From Felis catus (taxonomy: Eukaryota), in the NCBI RefSeq assembly GCF_018350175.1, contig NC_058368.1, positions 235,416,001 through 235,480,000 on the forward strand: DNA of 64,000 nt. Direction: 5' to 3'. Each line of letters opens with the position of its first letter. Positions within the stretch are counted from its first letter, which is position 1. This document shows positions 48,385 to 61,699 of the stretch, piece by piece. The notes beneath the pieces are model-generated. The model was not told the origin of the DNA and ran no database searches. It worked only from the letters and a program-made list of their open reading frames with translations. Made by a program: the position numbers and the translations under genes.

Positions 48385-48598
48385 TTTTTTTTTGATGTTT
48401 ATTTATTTTTGAGAGAGACAAACAGAGAGCGCGCAGGGGAGGGGCAGAGAGAGAGAGAGGAAAACACAGGATCCGAAGCAGGATCCAGGCTCTCAGCTGT
48501 CAGCACGGAGCCTGTCACGGGGCTTGAACCCATGAACTGTGAGATCATGACTTAAGCCAAAGTTGGACGCTTAACCGACTGAGCGACCCAGGCGCCCC
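48385..48598 (-). mobile_element. SINEC_Fc-type SINE
   Basis: Full-length. Short TSD caactt. Confidence 0.93.
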
Positions 48599-50604
48599 AC
48601 ACACAACTTTTAAATTCGGCGTTTTAAAAATTCAATGTCCAAAACAAGCATTTTGCTTACACTGCAAAGCCTCTGTGAGCATATTTTCAGTCTCTCATGT
48701 TTCACTCTGTGGACCGAGGTGCAGGCCCATCTAAGGAAGGTAACAAAGGCTCCCTGCTCCAGGACGCCCATGGGCACCAAGAAGCCTTACCAGTTCTGGG
48801 GCGCCGTGCCTGTCAACACATCTGAGCAGAACGACCAGGACTTTTCCTCACGCTCTCAGAGGGGCCATGACCCAAACACTCTTCGAGCCAATGCCTGGAC
48901 TCTTGGGAAAGTTGTCAGGACAGATTAGGCGTTAGGCTGATGGGATGCGGAAGGGGTCCCACCCCGGGGCTGGCGCCTGTGGCCGGCTCGTACTATCCCG
49001 GTTTTACCTACCTTCGCCTGGAGAAGGCCTGAACTATTTTATACCTAGTGTTTCTCCTCAGCGTCTTCTACTGTGTTGCTAAGAAAATTGCAAAGAACTG
49101 CAATGCAAAGTTGGAGTCACCTAAAAAGAAACGGTTGGGTCTGTGGGAATTGTTCTATATCAACCGTGGGAATGTTTTCATTCTTCAGTGTCAACGAGAT
49201 AACTGTGTTTCATTTCATGTTAAGCCACGGAAGCTCAGCATCCTCGTTGTGAAAATTCCATTTCCAGCCCCATGGCTGTGATGGGTTTGCACTGGGAGCC
49301 TCCAGCTGCTTCTCCGTCGCCTCCCCCCATTTCCTCCATGCGCTCTCCCAACCCTGCAGGCCTTATAAATTGTAATTGGTGCATCCACACTGGGGCCGCC
49401 AAGATGTCTTGGCCGCTCTCAGGCTTTTCACACCAGCTCGTTAAGTCTTCTGTCTCCGCCATCTTAAGTCGTTCCAACTGGGTTCATCCATCCTCTGCCC
49501 TTCTCTTCACTACACGTCATTAAGAAATCCTCCCGAACAAAGATCAACTCACGCAGCGTCTGGAAACGTCAGGTGCCTGTTTTGGTTCACAGGCAGAGCT
49601 CTGGGGACGTGTCTTGATTTCAGCTCAAGAAAGAGTCAGAATCCACGCAAGCTTCTGTGCTGTCTGTGGGTTCCGCGAGCAGAGGCGAAGGTATGCCTGG
49701 TCGCTAACCAGTGGCCGTGCCCGGCCGGCTTCGTTCTGTTCTTCCCAAGTCCACCAACCAGAACAAAGCAGGTAGCCGGTATTCCCCGAATCAGCCGGCC
49801 TTCCCAGGCAGGACCCGGAGGACGCCGGTGCCCAGCCGCCACGGTACCTCCCCACTGAGGGCTCCCCGGCAGGGCACACCTTCCCGGCTCCCACTGGCGC
49901 TGGAGGAAGTGATACAATTTACAGCTGCTGCTCAGCAGTTCAGTCCGGGACCCCTGGAACCATCTGTTCAACGGTCGGGCCCCCTAACTATCAACAGCCA
50001 TGACTCGTTTCAGAATAACATGACTTTCTCGTCTCCATTAAAAAAATAATCACGACATTTTGGTTTCGGTAATTTAATCTTTCCTTTGAAAATGCAAATT
50101 CCCAGCAACGGTATTTGAGGCAGCTCCCGGGAGGCCACGGGGTCTTAACGGCCCCTGGGACTCGGAGGCCGCGGCAACAGGGACCACAGGGCCCACTGTT
50201 CACCGCCGGGCCCCAGCCAGGGCCACCCCGGGGCTGTCACCGACTTCGCATCAGGAAGGCTCGCAGACAGCAGACAACTGCTAGCTTCGTTTCAGGAGTG
50301 AGATTCCGTTTCTTTTTCCTGTTTATTCTCTTTGAAATTTCAAGACTGAGCACCTGCCCGTTGTTCCATTTTCAGGGAGAAGTCTGGACCTTCTAGGGAG
50401 CATCTTTCGAAAACGTAAACGCTTGGAATAGTGGCCGGCAGAAGCCGCGGGAAGGCGTGATAAATAATAGGCACCCACGGCTGCATTTGGTCCCGGGGTG
50501 AGTGCCGGGCCCGGGGAAGGACGCCACTGAAAGGCAGCTTTAACCACGGGGCCGCCGCTCCGCTCGGTCCCACCGGGTACCCGCCACGCCCCAGCGGGCT
50601 GTCC

Positions 50605-50806
50605 TTTATTGATTTTGAGAGACGGATCAAGAGAGCACGAGCGAGCCGGGGAGGGGCAGAGAGAGAGGGAGACGGAGACTCCCAAGCACGTTCCGAGGTG
50701 TCCGTGCAGAGCCCGACTCAGGGTTTGAAGTCCCAAACCGTGAGATCACGACTTGAGCTGAAATCAGGAGTTGGACGCTTCACCGACGGAGCCACCCAGG
50801 CGCCCC
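50605..50806 (-). mobile_element. Can-SINE (SINEC)
   Basis: tttattgattttgagaga...gagccacccaggcgcccc. Confidence 0.92.
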
Positions 50807-53800
50807 CTGAACGGAATGTTTTCAAGGTAACAATGCACGTCCACCAACAAACAGACGCCAGCTGGAAGAATCCGTCTTTCTCATAGGAAAAGAAAAATCG
50901 TCACGAGTTCACTTAAGGAGCACGGGCCAGCCGTATGCCGAAGGCACAGGGGTGGAGGCCAGGGAGAAATGACCCCTGAGGCCACCTGGCAGGATACCTC
51001 AGGCCCTGGGCACCCCTGCCCCGTCTGCTGCTCTGGGAATTCACCACCGGCCTGTGTCGGGAACGATTCACCAGAACCCGATGGTGCCAGCCACTCTCCA
51101 GGCGCGCTGAGAACCAGGAGCCCGGCTCTGAGGGAGCCCATGACCTTGGTGCCCAGGTGTGAAAGTGAACGGTGCCCAGGTAGCCAGAATCGCCCGACAG
51201 ATTGTGCCGAACTCGCGCTCGGGCTTCCGGGGTGCTGCCCTCAGTCCCCGGATGCTTCCAGACTTGAGGCTCAGGCACATCAGAAATGGCGGCAAGACGC
51301 CCGGCCGTCCGCACCCTCCGCCACGGTCTTTTTGCCTGGACGTCCCGCACGTGTCCTTCTAGAGGCGGCGCCGGGGGTTGGCTCCCCCCCCCCCCATCCA
51401 CCGCAGAACTGCAGACCCTTCACGGACACCTGTTGGCAAGGTCAGGGGCCAAACTTCAGAAGCCAGGAGGCCTGGACAGGCCCTGGCCACGGGCACTGGG
51501 CGGCGTGTGACCGGGAGGCTACTTTGTTTTGTTCAGCCTCAGAAGTCAAACCGCTCTGTCCGACCTGTGTCCCCGATGGAGAGATTTACGACGAGCCAGA
51601 CATTGGCAGGGAACTGTGTTCACCCCTAACTGCACTCACGGTGTCTTCGCCCAGCCCCACAGGGCCAAGCTGAAGGACATCAAAGGCTCACTCCAGAAGG
51701 GGCGTTAATTTTATGGACTGTGAGAAGCCAAGGGTATGTGAGTTTTTATTATTCGGGGGCCGACATGCTATTTGTACCAGATTTTCCTGTCTCGCCATCC
51801 TGCCGTCAGGTGTTGTCTAAAGAAGAATTAGGAGGATCTGTGGAGCTCCCTCGTACGTGGGAAAATCAGGGACCGTGGAATCTGAGGCACACACAGTCTG
51901 GAGAAACTGAGCCCGCCCTCCCCCCCCACTTTCTAATTCTGCACCAGCAAAAATCCTTCCCCTGAAGGTGCTCTCTCTGCGCACCACGGAGAGGGTCTGC
52001 GTGCTGTTAACTCAAATGCGAAACTCATGAAAGGTCACAGGGCGATCGTGAGAGTCTGTGTGACGACGACGTGCTGGTCCCCTGTGCCGCCACTCCCGCA
52101 CGGAAAACCGGGAGCAAGAGGCTGAGCGTCAGAGCTGGGAAGGACTGACTTCACCAGCCTGCCTTACGTAGGGGGAAACTGAGTCCCGGGAAGCGAGGAC
52201 AGCCGCTCACGTGGTTGCAAAGGCGACAGGGATGGGTGGGACGCCAGGGCTGCTCTCTGCTTGGAGGACGAACGCCCTTTCCGTGGGGCACCTCCCTCCC
52301 GCTGCTGTCCACACCCGTTCGGCACCCGGCCGCCGAGCCAGCTGCCTACATGACACACACTTGTGCGAAGAGTGAGCAAATCTGGGTGGTGACTACACAG
52401 AGCCGACAAGCCGGCAATCCCCGCCAGGCTGCACCCGGAGCTGGGCGCTGCCGGCGTGGGAGGTCCGCCCTCCACTCAGCCGGGTTCACCAGCCCCAATT
52501 CTCATGCCCGGGGAGCGCGCAGAGGGGCCGACGGGACCTTGGCCTCTGCCTGTGGCCCAGCCTGTGCGAAGGCACCGGTTCCCAAACTGCAGCTGGCTGG
52601 CGGGGTTCTCCAACACCGCTGCGTTCCTGGTCTCTCCTCCCTTCACAGGAGCCAGACCTCAGGGGTGGGCGTCGGGAGTGTGGACTTTTACAAATCCCTC
52701 CCTCCCCTGGCCTGGTGGCCTGGGTGACGAGCAGCGCCAGAAACACGGACTCAAAAAAGGCAGGCGGCCCCTGCTCTTTGGAAGGGTTCAGGGCACCTGC
52801 CCCTGCAGTTCGTAACTGCCCTCCTTCCCCTGCATTAGTGTCGAACTGATGTTATTTTTGAACTATTAAGAGAATTAGGACGGGCGGGTAAAACCCGGGG
52901 CTGAGAAGCCTGGTGAACAGATTCTTCTGGAGGAAGGCAGGTACCTTCACTCCCGATCGCTGACGAGTTAGGAGAGCCCACCCAGGTTCCCCTGTGGACC
53001 GGCGCCCCGGCTCTGTGTAGCGCTCCTGGTTGTTAAGACCGGGCCCTGGAGCCGGGTCCTGGCCCCAGACCCGGCAGCAGGGTGATGGGAGTGCAAAGTC
53101 GCCTAGGCTCAGGCTCCTTCCCAGGAGGACCATCCTGGAACCCAAGCAGCCGAGGAGCTGGGCAGCACCAGACCTGCTTGCTTGTACGTGGACGCTTCCA
53201 ACCTTGAAATAAAGATCTCTGACAAGGGAAGGTACCCATGCCCAGAACTGATACTTTTCCAACCTTCCCAAACAACCCAACTGGAGAAATGTGGACACAT
53301 CCCCGTCCAAGCATCGCTCCACGGTGCAAAGTCTTGCAGATGTACATTTTATACTCGGCCGTGGCAGGCTGTGATGAGGGATGTGTTCGTGACGGGGGAC
53401 ACCAGATGGCTTACAAAGATCTCTCCTGTGCACCTGCCCCCCAAGCAGACGGCTGGCTCTCGGCCGGGCGGGGCCGATATAACCTCCTACCTGAGACGGC
53501 TCAGTTCCGCCCTCAGGAGGCCAAAGCAGTCGCACACACACTCCTGGCGAGTCTGCTTTCTCTGGACGCCAGACACACTGCCCGCAACGGGCTCCTCCCT
53601 GCCACTGGTTCACTGCCAGCCTCATGACAGCTCTCTTCTCCACTTACTCTGAACCGGCCCGCCAGACTCATCAGGTCTTTCCACTCTCTTGGAGAAACAC
53701 CCCAGCCACCGCCCACACCACGCTGAGTGCCGGGCGAGTGGGCCGCCCGGGATGGTCAGCATCCCTCCGCCACCACCCGGCGACATGGGAGCACACGCGG

Positions 53801-53859
53801 ACGCAGCCGAGCCCACCCTCGGCTCGGCCTCTGCCAGCTGAACTTGGTATTGGAATTAC

Positions 53860-54320
53860 GTAACATAATTAAATTTGGTGTAGCTCGATGAGACACGAAC
53901 ACGAAAACCGAGAAGCCCGTTTCTATGAGAACGAAGTTGAATCTCCGGAATGACTCAGTGCAGACCAGTCATTAAGCAGAACTGCTGTCCGCTTAGGGCG
54001 AGGCTGAGGACAAACTAAAACATGGAGAAAAGTTAAAAATGTAAAATGATTGTGCATTCACACGAGGGGACAAGTTTCAACTTTCTCTTAAAAAAAAAAA
54101 AGAACCCTCGAACAAGGCACCGTAAGTAATGGGCGTTTGATTGCAAATAATCAGTTCAGATCTTTAATAAGCAGGCCCTCCTCCCAGTGAGCTTTTGGCC
54201 ATAACTAAAAGAATCAGAATGCGGATGCACACTTACGGGTTTTAAGTGAAAATAAAGCTTCAGTGTGTGTGCATGTTTTTAAGCGATTTTTCCCTGATTC
54301 CACTTTTTCCTTCAGTGGGT
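53860..54320 (+). mobile_element. Decayed Tigger (TcMar) DNA transposon fragment, Tigger13a-like
   Basis: gtttctatgagaacgaagttgaat...gactc...tgctgtc...ttttaagtgaaaataaa resembles the Tigger13a consensus as I recall it. Confidence 0.55.
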
Positions 54321-54596
54321 CGAATGCAAACCTCTCTTCTATCTGGTGAGAAGCCCTGAATCTTGCTGGGGGAGCTCCTCGCCCCTACGAACCCCTGCTC
54401 ACAGAGCATATCCGTGTGACAGGAGACGGGAGCCAAGAGCAGCAGTCCCTACCTCTGCCCCTGCTGTCCCGTGGGCGCATTTCAGGGAGTGGAACCCTTC
54501 GGCTTCCTTCCTCTGGCCCCGTCCACGTCCCACCAAATCTATTGCTGATTCTCCAGCAAAGCTGCTGTCTCCTGGACATCTGGCTGAATCCAGGTC

Positions 54597-54783
54597 GGTG
54601 CTGGTTCATCTTCTGTGCCACTTGGCTGGGCCGTGCAACCCAGATATTTGGCCGAGCACTATGCTAGAGGATTCTGTGAAGGTCGGTTTTGGATGAGGTT
54701 AACGTTGAAGTCAGTAGACTTTTGATCGGTAGTAGATTGCCCCCTACAATGTGGGGGGGGGGCTCGTCCAATCCGTTGAAGAC
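54597..54783 (+). mobile_element. MLT2-like LTR, 5' fragment
   Basis: cttggctgggcc...cccagatatttgg...ttttggatgaggttaac...gtagattgccc...tccaatccgttgaag. Confidence 0.82.
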
Positions 54784-57700
54784 ACACACATTTATCTTGA
54801 GTATCTCTGAGTGATTCTCTGACATGGGCAAAAATAATGCGCTAAAGGGATTATGATGTTGGAAGTATGCAAATTTAGGATATTCACACTTAGGAGAATT
54901 TATTGAGATAGTTCTGAATTACATTCTACAGAAGGCGGATGGGGGCTGAAGGAATGTGGAACACAATGCCCACCCCCCGCCCCAGGAAAGGTGAGTGAAT
55001 GAATTTACTCATAATCTAAAGAAGGGAAAGCAGATGCTATCTCGATGACACTAAACTAAATCAGAGATGGCCCTGGACAGGTGTTCCTTGTCTCTCCCGG
55101 GAACAGAACAAAAGCCAGGATCCTTGATGGAAGACCGTGGGCGTCAGGACCTCTGGGGGAAGGTTGGAGGGAAGAGAGGCCACCGCTAGTCCATTTCCCA
55201 AACCCGGTCTTTCAGAGAGAGAGGGATGTGGATACCTGAAGTCCCGAGAGACACTGCTGACGCTCCTCGAGTCGTGGAGGTAAGGAGAATCTCGGGGCCT
55301 CGTAAGCTGCTTCTGAGAAACACCAGAGGGAAGTGGCCCTTCCCCCACTTTGTTCAGAGAATGCGACCGTGAGGCCACACACATCGCGCCAACATCTGGA
55401 TAGCGGGCTGGGGCATCACACAAGTTAGGCAAAAGCCAGCTGTAGGAACACGTGTGTTTATTGACCCCAAATCGAATTCACTCGTTTAGTTAGAGAACCT
55501 TTCTTTCCCTGCGGATGCTCCGTTTTCCTGAGAAAGGATAATGAAACACGTCATCCAGATTGCTGAGAACAGAGATGTATGTCCCAACTTACAAGATTCC
55601 CCCTGCAAGACTCCTCCACGCTGAGGGCAGAGGGACTGCGGACTTCAGCCAGCTTCAGGCTTTCCGGAATACGTTGCCTCAATAACGTGAACACCGTGGC
55701 TCTGCCCTGGAAACGGACAAGGGTGACGGGGATGCTCATTTTGCCAGGAAGGCATTTTTACCTAGCCCGGGAGTTGGCAAGCACTTTGCCAAAGGGCCCG
55801 ATAGTACACGTTTTCGGCTGGTGGGCCACGCGGTCCCCGTGGACACGACGGAAGCGTGCCAAGGCGGTGAGAAAGCAGCCGGAGACAACCCAGAGAAAAG
55901 GGCCCGCGCCCCAGCAAAGCCTCACTTACCGCTGTGCCCGGCCCCAGGCAGTCACACGCACTCGTGACCACCAGGAGGGAGCACATCGCACACAAGAGGA
56001 AGCAACGGCTATTTCTACGGAAGACAGGATGCTTTCACGAGGTGATGCCTCGGCGAGGCCTCCCTATGCTGGGCCAGAGCACATGGCCCGCAGGGTCAGG
56101 GCACGCCGCCCCGTCGTGGGAGGCAGACGTCGGCAAGAAAACAGCAACAAAAGCAACACGCCCCACGCGTTACATCGCGAAGTTCGCGCAGAAAGGTCCC
56201 GCAAGCAGCGTGGGTCGCGCCGGGGACCGGTGAGTCCAGCTCCGGGGCCTGGGTCCTCACTCACGGTTCGGGTCCCAAGGTGCCCCCTGCTCGGCACGCT
56301 GCCCTGTGAATCCACCTAGCCCCACAGACCCGTTAACGTCCCGGCCAAATCCTCACTTTGCACGTGAGGACACGGAGGCCCAGGGGTGGGAGAGGCTTCG
56401 CTGCAGCCACTCAGGCTCTTGACGGCCAAGGTCACACAGCTAGGAAGCGGCGGGACCAGGGAGAAAACCCCGCGAGCCCGCGTTCTTACCTATTCTGACA
56501 TCTAAGGGGAGGCAGTTATCCAAAGTGGCTTAGCTCTAAAACAAATTAGTGCATGCATTTAGGGATTCTGGGGCCACGGCATATCTTGATTGGACAGTTG
56601 CAAATTTTGTTACGCACGTTCATTTCCTGGTCACAGAAGGGAGCTCACTGTTTCAGGAAGAGGCGAACTTCTACTTAGGGCCAGTTACACACAGGGCGGC
56701 CTGTTTTGAAAAATCCGCAACGGTTCGGTATCGAATCAGCGTCAAAACACTTAGGGCTCTGCTCTCTCCAAACTGTTTTCCCCTGGGCCGTCAGGACATC
56801 GGATGGCCTAGAACATCTGAAACAGTTTTCCCTGCCTCTCAGGAGCCTATTTAGTGGTGCTGTGGGGGAAGCCTATCGACGGATCTCACATGCACTTACG
56901 TATCCAACAACTGACTTATGCTCATTTTTCTTTCTTTTAAAAAGAATGACCTTCCCGTAGGTGGTTGAATTCATGTCTCGAGGTGCAAAGGAGAGCTTAA
57001 ATCATGGAATATTCACCGACAACTGTGTTCCAACTCACTTTCTTTGGATCCTCGTCTTCCGGGGAAAGAATGTCAGTCTTCTGTTCTATCATAGAGGGTG
57101 AACTCTCCCCGCCGTGGCGTCTTTCTTCCTTTTATGAGAAGCATGTAAAATCATGGCCTCACTCCTCCTATGGTTTCAGGCTTTTCTGGCATGTTTGCTT
57201 CAGGGTTTCTGGGATGTTCACTCCGAGACAAATACTTTGAAATGATCTTCTCCAGACTCACAAGTCAATTTTCTAAGAATGCTTTCCAGGTGGCCGCATC
57301 CAGAGACCGGGTCTGGACCACAGCCACCAAGTTCCCGGGGCTGATGTGCTCGGCCGGTGGGGGCGCCGCGAGGGTCTGGGCCCGGGGTCGGTCAGCTGGG
57401 GCCGGCGACAGGGGGCTTGTGCGCCAGGGTTACCAGGGGCTGTCATACGTCCAGGGGGCTTTAGGCGAGACACCGAGGAAGCAGACTGGCACGAAGTCAA
57501 CGTCAAATCCAGCGCAGAGTTTCCACCACATTCTTTGCCGTCAGATAGTAGGGACAGGAAGCATGTCCGGGTTGCATGGCCACGTCGAGCCCACCAGCTG
57601 TCCTCCTCACTTTCCGAGTGATTAGCATGTGAAATCTAAACAAAACTCGTAACCGCATTTCCCTGCCCTTTTTTTTTTTTTTTTTGGTTTAATTCATGAA

Positions 57701-58503
57701 AGCAGTAATGACAATGGAATGATGGGAACGGGAGCCATAAACCTACACAGAAGGGTCCAGGCAAGAATCCAATAGTGAAGGACAGAAAAGAGGGCGGACA
57801 CAAATACTCACTCTAGTTTCCACAAAATGACAGCACGACAGGATTTTTTTTTACAACGATAGATCTAAGAATCTCCAAGTTTTATCTTTGAAGCTGTCAA
57901 ACAGCTTCATCACTGAGGTCCAGGTGTGAAGGCACCACGTGACGTGGACGAGGTTCCTGGCCATGAGATGCCACAAGGCCAGCTGCCTGCCAAAAATAAC
58001 GTGGTTAACTTTCAATGGCAGAATCCTCTCTCTCTCGACAAGGCTGGAAGGATTCCATTCTCGGCAGGAAGGATTTCTCACTGTGGCACATTAAGCTTAA
58101 TCGGATCCAGGAAACGAACACACAGAGTGTGTGGCACAATGTTTATGTAACCTCATGGCTCCCACCCCTGTGAAACTACCTTTGCCAGTGGCATCCATTT
58201 TTCTTCGAGATGTTTGCAGATTAGTCTTATTTTCTTCCTAAGTCTTGGGTGCCCATGGGTTGAATTCTGCCCCCATCAGGTAGATCTTACACACACCAAA
58301 TACGGAAAAATTACTGCACGTTAGTTATTTAATTACATAATATTGCTAGCTGTCAGTCTAGTTAGCTGACTGAATAACTATTTAGTCAGATACTGTTGCA
58401 ATCGACATCCTAACAGAAAGCTTCAGACATTACCTTGCATAACTTATCAGATGAATCATGTAAATGTCCTATTTATCCACTGCTCTTAAAAACATTGCTT
58501 CTA

Positions 58504-58725
58504 GGGGTGCCTGGGTGGCGCAGTCGGTTAAGCGTCCGACTTCAGCCAGGTCACGATCTCGCGGTCCGGGAGTTCGAGCCCCGCGTCGGGCTCTGGGCTG
58601 ATGGCTCGGAGCCTGGAGCCTGTTTCTGATTCTGTGTCTCCCTCTCTCTCTCTGCCCCTCCCCCGTTCATGCTTTGTCTCTCTCTGTCCCACAAATAAAT
58701 AAACGTTGAAAAAAAATTTAAAAAA
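58504..58725 (+). mobile_element. Young SINEC_Fc SINE
   Basis: CpG-rich, ttcagccaggtcacgatctcgcggtcc variant. Perfect 16-bp TSD aaaaacattgcttcta at 58488-58503 and 58726-58741. Confidence 0.97.
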
Positions 58726-60215
58726 AAAAACATTGCTTCTAGAAGACAAAGAGGATGTGAGCAGGACTGTACTTGACCGGTATTTCATTCGTGACATTTA
58801 CCGTATTATAATTGGTATATTTTATTAACCTGCGTTGAAAAGGGGCCTAATGACCCAATGGTACTTACATTATTCATACAGACATAAGAGAATACTCTGC
58901 TGTATATTTAAATGGTTTCACATATGCTCACTATTCTTCCAATGAGTCAGGGCAGAGAGAAGCCCCATATTTAAAGACCTCATTTTCTAGCTCAGCTGGT
59001 TTAAGTGGCTTAAACTGGACCAGCAGCCAGCCAGTGTAGCATTTCTGATAATTTATCCCAAAATATCATATGCAGAGCATAGAAACCAGGTCTGATAGTT
59101 TAGGCAGTCCTGTGCTGTCTTTCTCTAACTTCCCGTATGACATAAGGTCTACATATGCACAAACAAGCAGCCATGAGAGAACTGCATTCGCATTCACAGA
59201 CACGGGAGAGAAATCTGTGGGGAATTCAGTTCTTTGAACTAAAGGAAAGGATCTCTAACAGAAGAACAAGTGAAGGTGTCAGAAAATCTGAGCCCAGAGG
59301 AGGACTGAAGGCAGATGTCTCACGCATGGCTCACCGGGGAGCAGGAAACGACACTGGACAGTCTGCAAAGTCCAACTGTGCTAGAGAAACCAGTATACGT
59401 CCCAAGTCTCGAGGAATCAGCCAGACAATCTGGGCTGATGAATCCGATGCCCAAATCAGGTATGTTGAGTTCTAACACTAGTAAGGATAGCTAGCATCAC
59501 TGACATACTTTAACTACTTAAATCTCACAGCAAATCCACGTGGCAGGTACAGTGATGACACCCATCCGAGACGGGACAGTAGTGGAGTGCAGAATGCTAA
59601 GGTACACGCCACCAATATGCAGGTGCATGTGGGGGGAGCCAGGATTTTGGTGCAGGGAGCCTGGCCCTGACGTCTGTGCTCTGGACCACATGAGGCCCAC
59701 CACTCAGAGGCCGGCTGGAGGTATGTCACAGATGTGGGTCACAGTGGCCACCGGGGCTGTGTGGCTAACCGCCAATCCTGGAGGAACCCCCCACAAGCAT
59801 CCCCCTCCGCAGGCAAGATGGCGGCACTGTTGGTAGAGGTAAACAATGCTGTTGTCCATCGATAGAACGGATTCTGGCTTGATGTCTTGAGTAACCACAG
59901 ATAGGTCACATAACCATTTGATGGGTGTGGATCTCTCTTCAACGGCTCTCTAAACAAAGCACGTACCTCTGACATTTTTGTTTTTTAATTTAAAAATCAT
60001 GGCGGAGATTTTGGGAAAGTAGGTACAAGTGACACAGTGCAAGAGATTCTTTTACCAAAAACAAATAAATGGCTGAGAAGCTGCGAACACATTGAAAGAA
60101 CCAAAACAAAAGGCCTGGTCACGTTACAAGCCATCTGTACTTGTTCCAGAAGGCACTTGGAAAAAAACACACACTAGGACCAAGGCCAGGAGGAAGGAGA
60201 CTGGCTCCATTTATA

Positions 60216-60399
60216 GACTTCGGCTCAGGTCATGATCGCGCAGTCCATGAGTTCGAGCCCCACGTTGGGCTCTGGGCTGACAGCTCAGAGCCTGGAACCT
60301 GCTTCTGATTCTGTGTCTCCCTCTCTCTGCCCATCCCCAACTCATGCTCTGTCTCTCTCACTCTCAAAAATGAATAAATGTTACAAAAAAAATTTAAAA
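60216..60399 (+). mobile_element. SINEC_Fc-type SINE, 5'-truncated
   Basis: Starts at gacttcggctcaggtcatgatc. A tail present. Confidence 0.92.
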
Positions 60400-60627
60400 T
60401 GAGATAAACAAATCAAAATGTAAGGGGCAACTTTTATTCAATAAGGGACTGAAAATGTTGATACATTCCAATAAGGATCAGGAAATAGGACAGACACATT
60501 TTATTTTTATTCTAGAAGCATATGCTTTTGTAATTAAACTAGGGTAGGGTGGACAAGAGGTATAGACATTAGAAAAGAAAGCCAAATTATCATTATTGGT
60601 TTAGGATATTAAAACTATAAGATTACT

Positions 60628-60835
60628 GGGAGCCTGGGTGGCTCAGTTGGTTGAGGGTCCAACTCTTGGTTTTGGCTCAGGTCATGATCCCAGGGTCGTG
60701 GAATCAAGCCCTGCGCTGGGCTCCATGCTGAGTGTGGAGACTTCTTGGGATTCTTTGACTCTCTCTCCCTCTGCCCTCTCCCACTCACTCTCTAAAAAAA
60801 TAATAATAAATAAAAATGAATTTAAAAATAAAAAT
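60628..60835 (+). mobile_element. Can-SINE (SINEC)
   Basis: Head gggagcctgggtggctcag. TSD tataagattact. Confidence 0.92.
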
Positions 60836-60846
60836 ATAAGATTACT

Positions 60847-61046
60847 GGGGCACCTGAGTGGCTTGGTCGGTTAAGCATCTGGCTTTTGATTTCAGCTCAG
60901 GTCATGATCTCATGGTTCTTGGGATTAAGCCCCATGTCAGGCTCTGTGCTGACAGTGCAGAGCCTGCTTGGGATTCTCTCTCTGCTTCTCTCTCTGCCCC
61001 TCCCCTGCTCGTGTGCACGTGCACACACTCTCTCCAAATAAATATA
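60847..61046 (+). mobile_element. Can-SINE (SINEC)
   Basis: ggggcacctgagtggcttggtcggttaag head. Tail interrupted by the next SINE. Confidence 0.92.
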
Positions 61047-61057
61047 TGATATATTCC

Positions 61058-61268
61058 TTTTTAAACATTTTTAAAAACGTTTTTATTTATTTTTGAGACA
61101 GAGAGAGACAGAGGATGAGGAGGGGAGGAGCAGAGAGAGAGGAAGACACAGAATCCAAAGCAGGCTCCAGGCTCCGAGCTGTCAGCACAGAGCCCGACGT
61201 GGGGCTCAAACTCACGGACTGTGAGATCATGACCCGAGCTGAAGTCGGACTGAGCCACCCAGGTGCCT
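61058..61268 (-). mobile_element. SINEC_Fc-type SINE inserted inverted into the previous SINE's tail
   Basis: Poly-T to gagccacccaggtgcc. TSD gatatattc. Confidence 0.93.
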
Positions 61269-61422
61269 CTATAGAAGATATATTCTTAAATATATATAAT
61301 TATTATATATATACTTATATTTAAAAAATATATTTGATTACTGACTGAAAAAAAATTGGAAAACATAAAATTTTAGTGTCTGGTTACAAAATTAATTTGA
61401 CTCTATACAACCATAACTAATT

Positions 61423-61630
61423 GGGGTGTCTGGGTGGCTCCATCGGGTAAGTGGCCAACTTCAGCTCAGGTCATGATCTCACAGTCCGTGAGTTCGAGCC
61501 CCACATTGGGCTCTGTGCTGACAGCTTGGAGCCTGGAGCCTGCTTCGGATTCTGTGTCTCCCTCTCTCTCTGCCCCTCCCCTGCTCATGCTCTGTCTCTG
61601 TCTCAAAAACAAATTAAAAAAAACATTAAA
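61423..61630 (+). mobile_element. SINEC_Fc-type SINE
   Basis: Full-length. TSD acaa(c/t)cataactaa. Confidence 0.95.
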
Positions 61631-61699
61631 CAATCATAACTAAAGTATAATGGTATAAAGATTTGTATCCTATAAATTAATATAATGTTAATAAAAGTA

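Noticed and set aside
50969..56319. Intronic ORFs of 234, 263 and 246 aa
   Set aside because: No domain similarity recognised and non-ATG or weak starts. None encodes the TSR-type sequence expected of the upstream ADAMTS16 exon.
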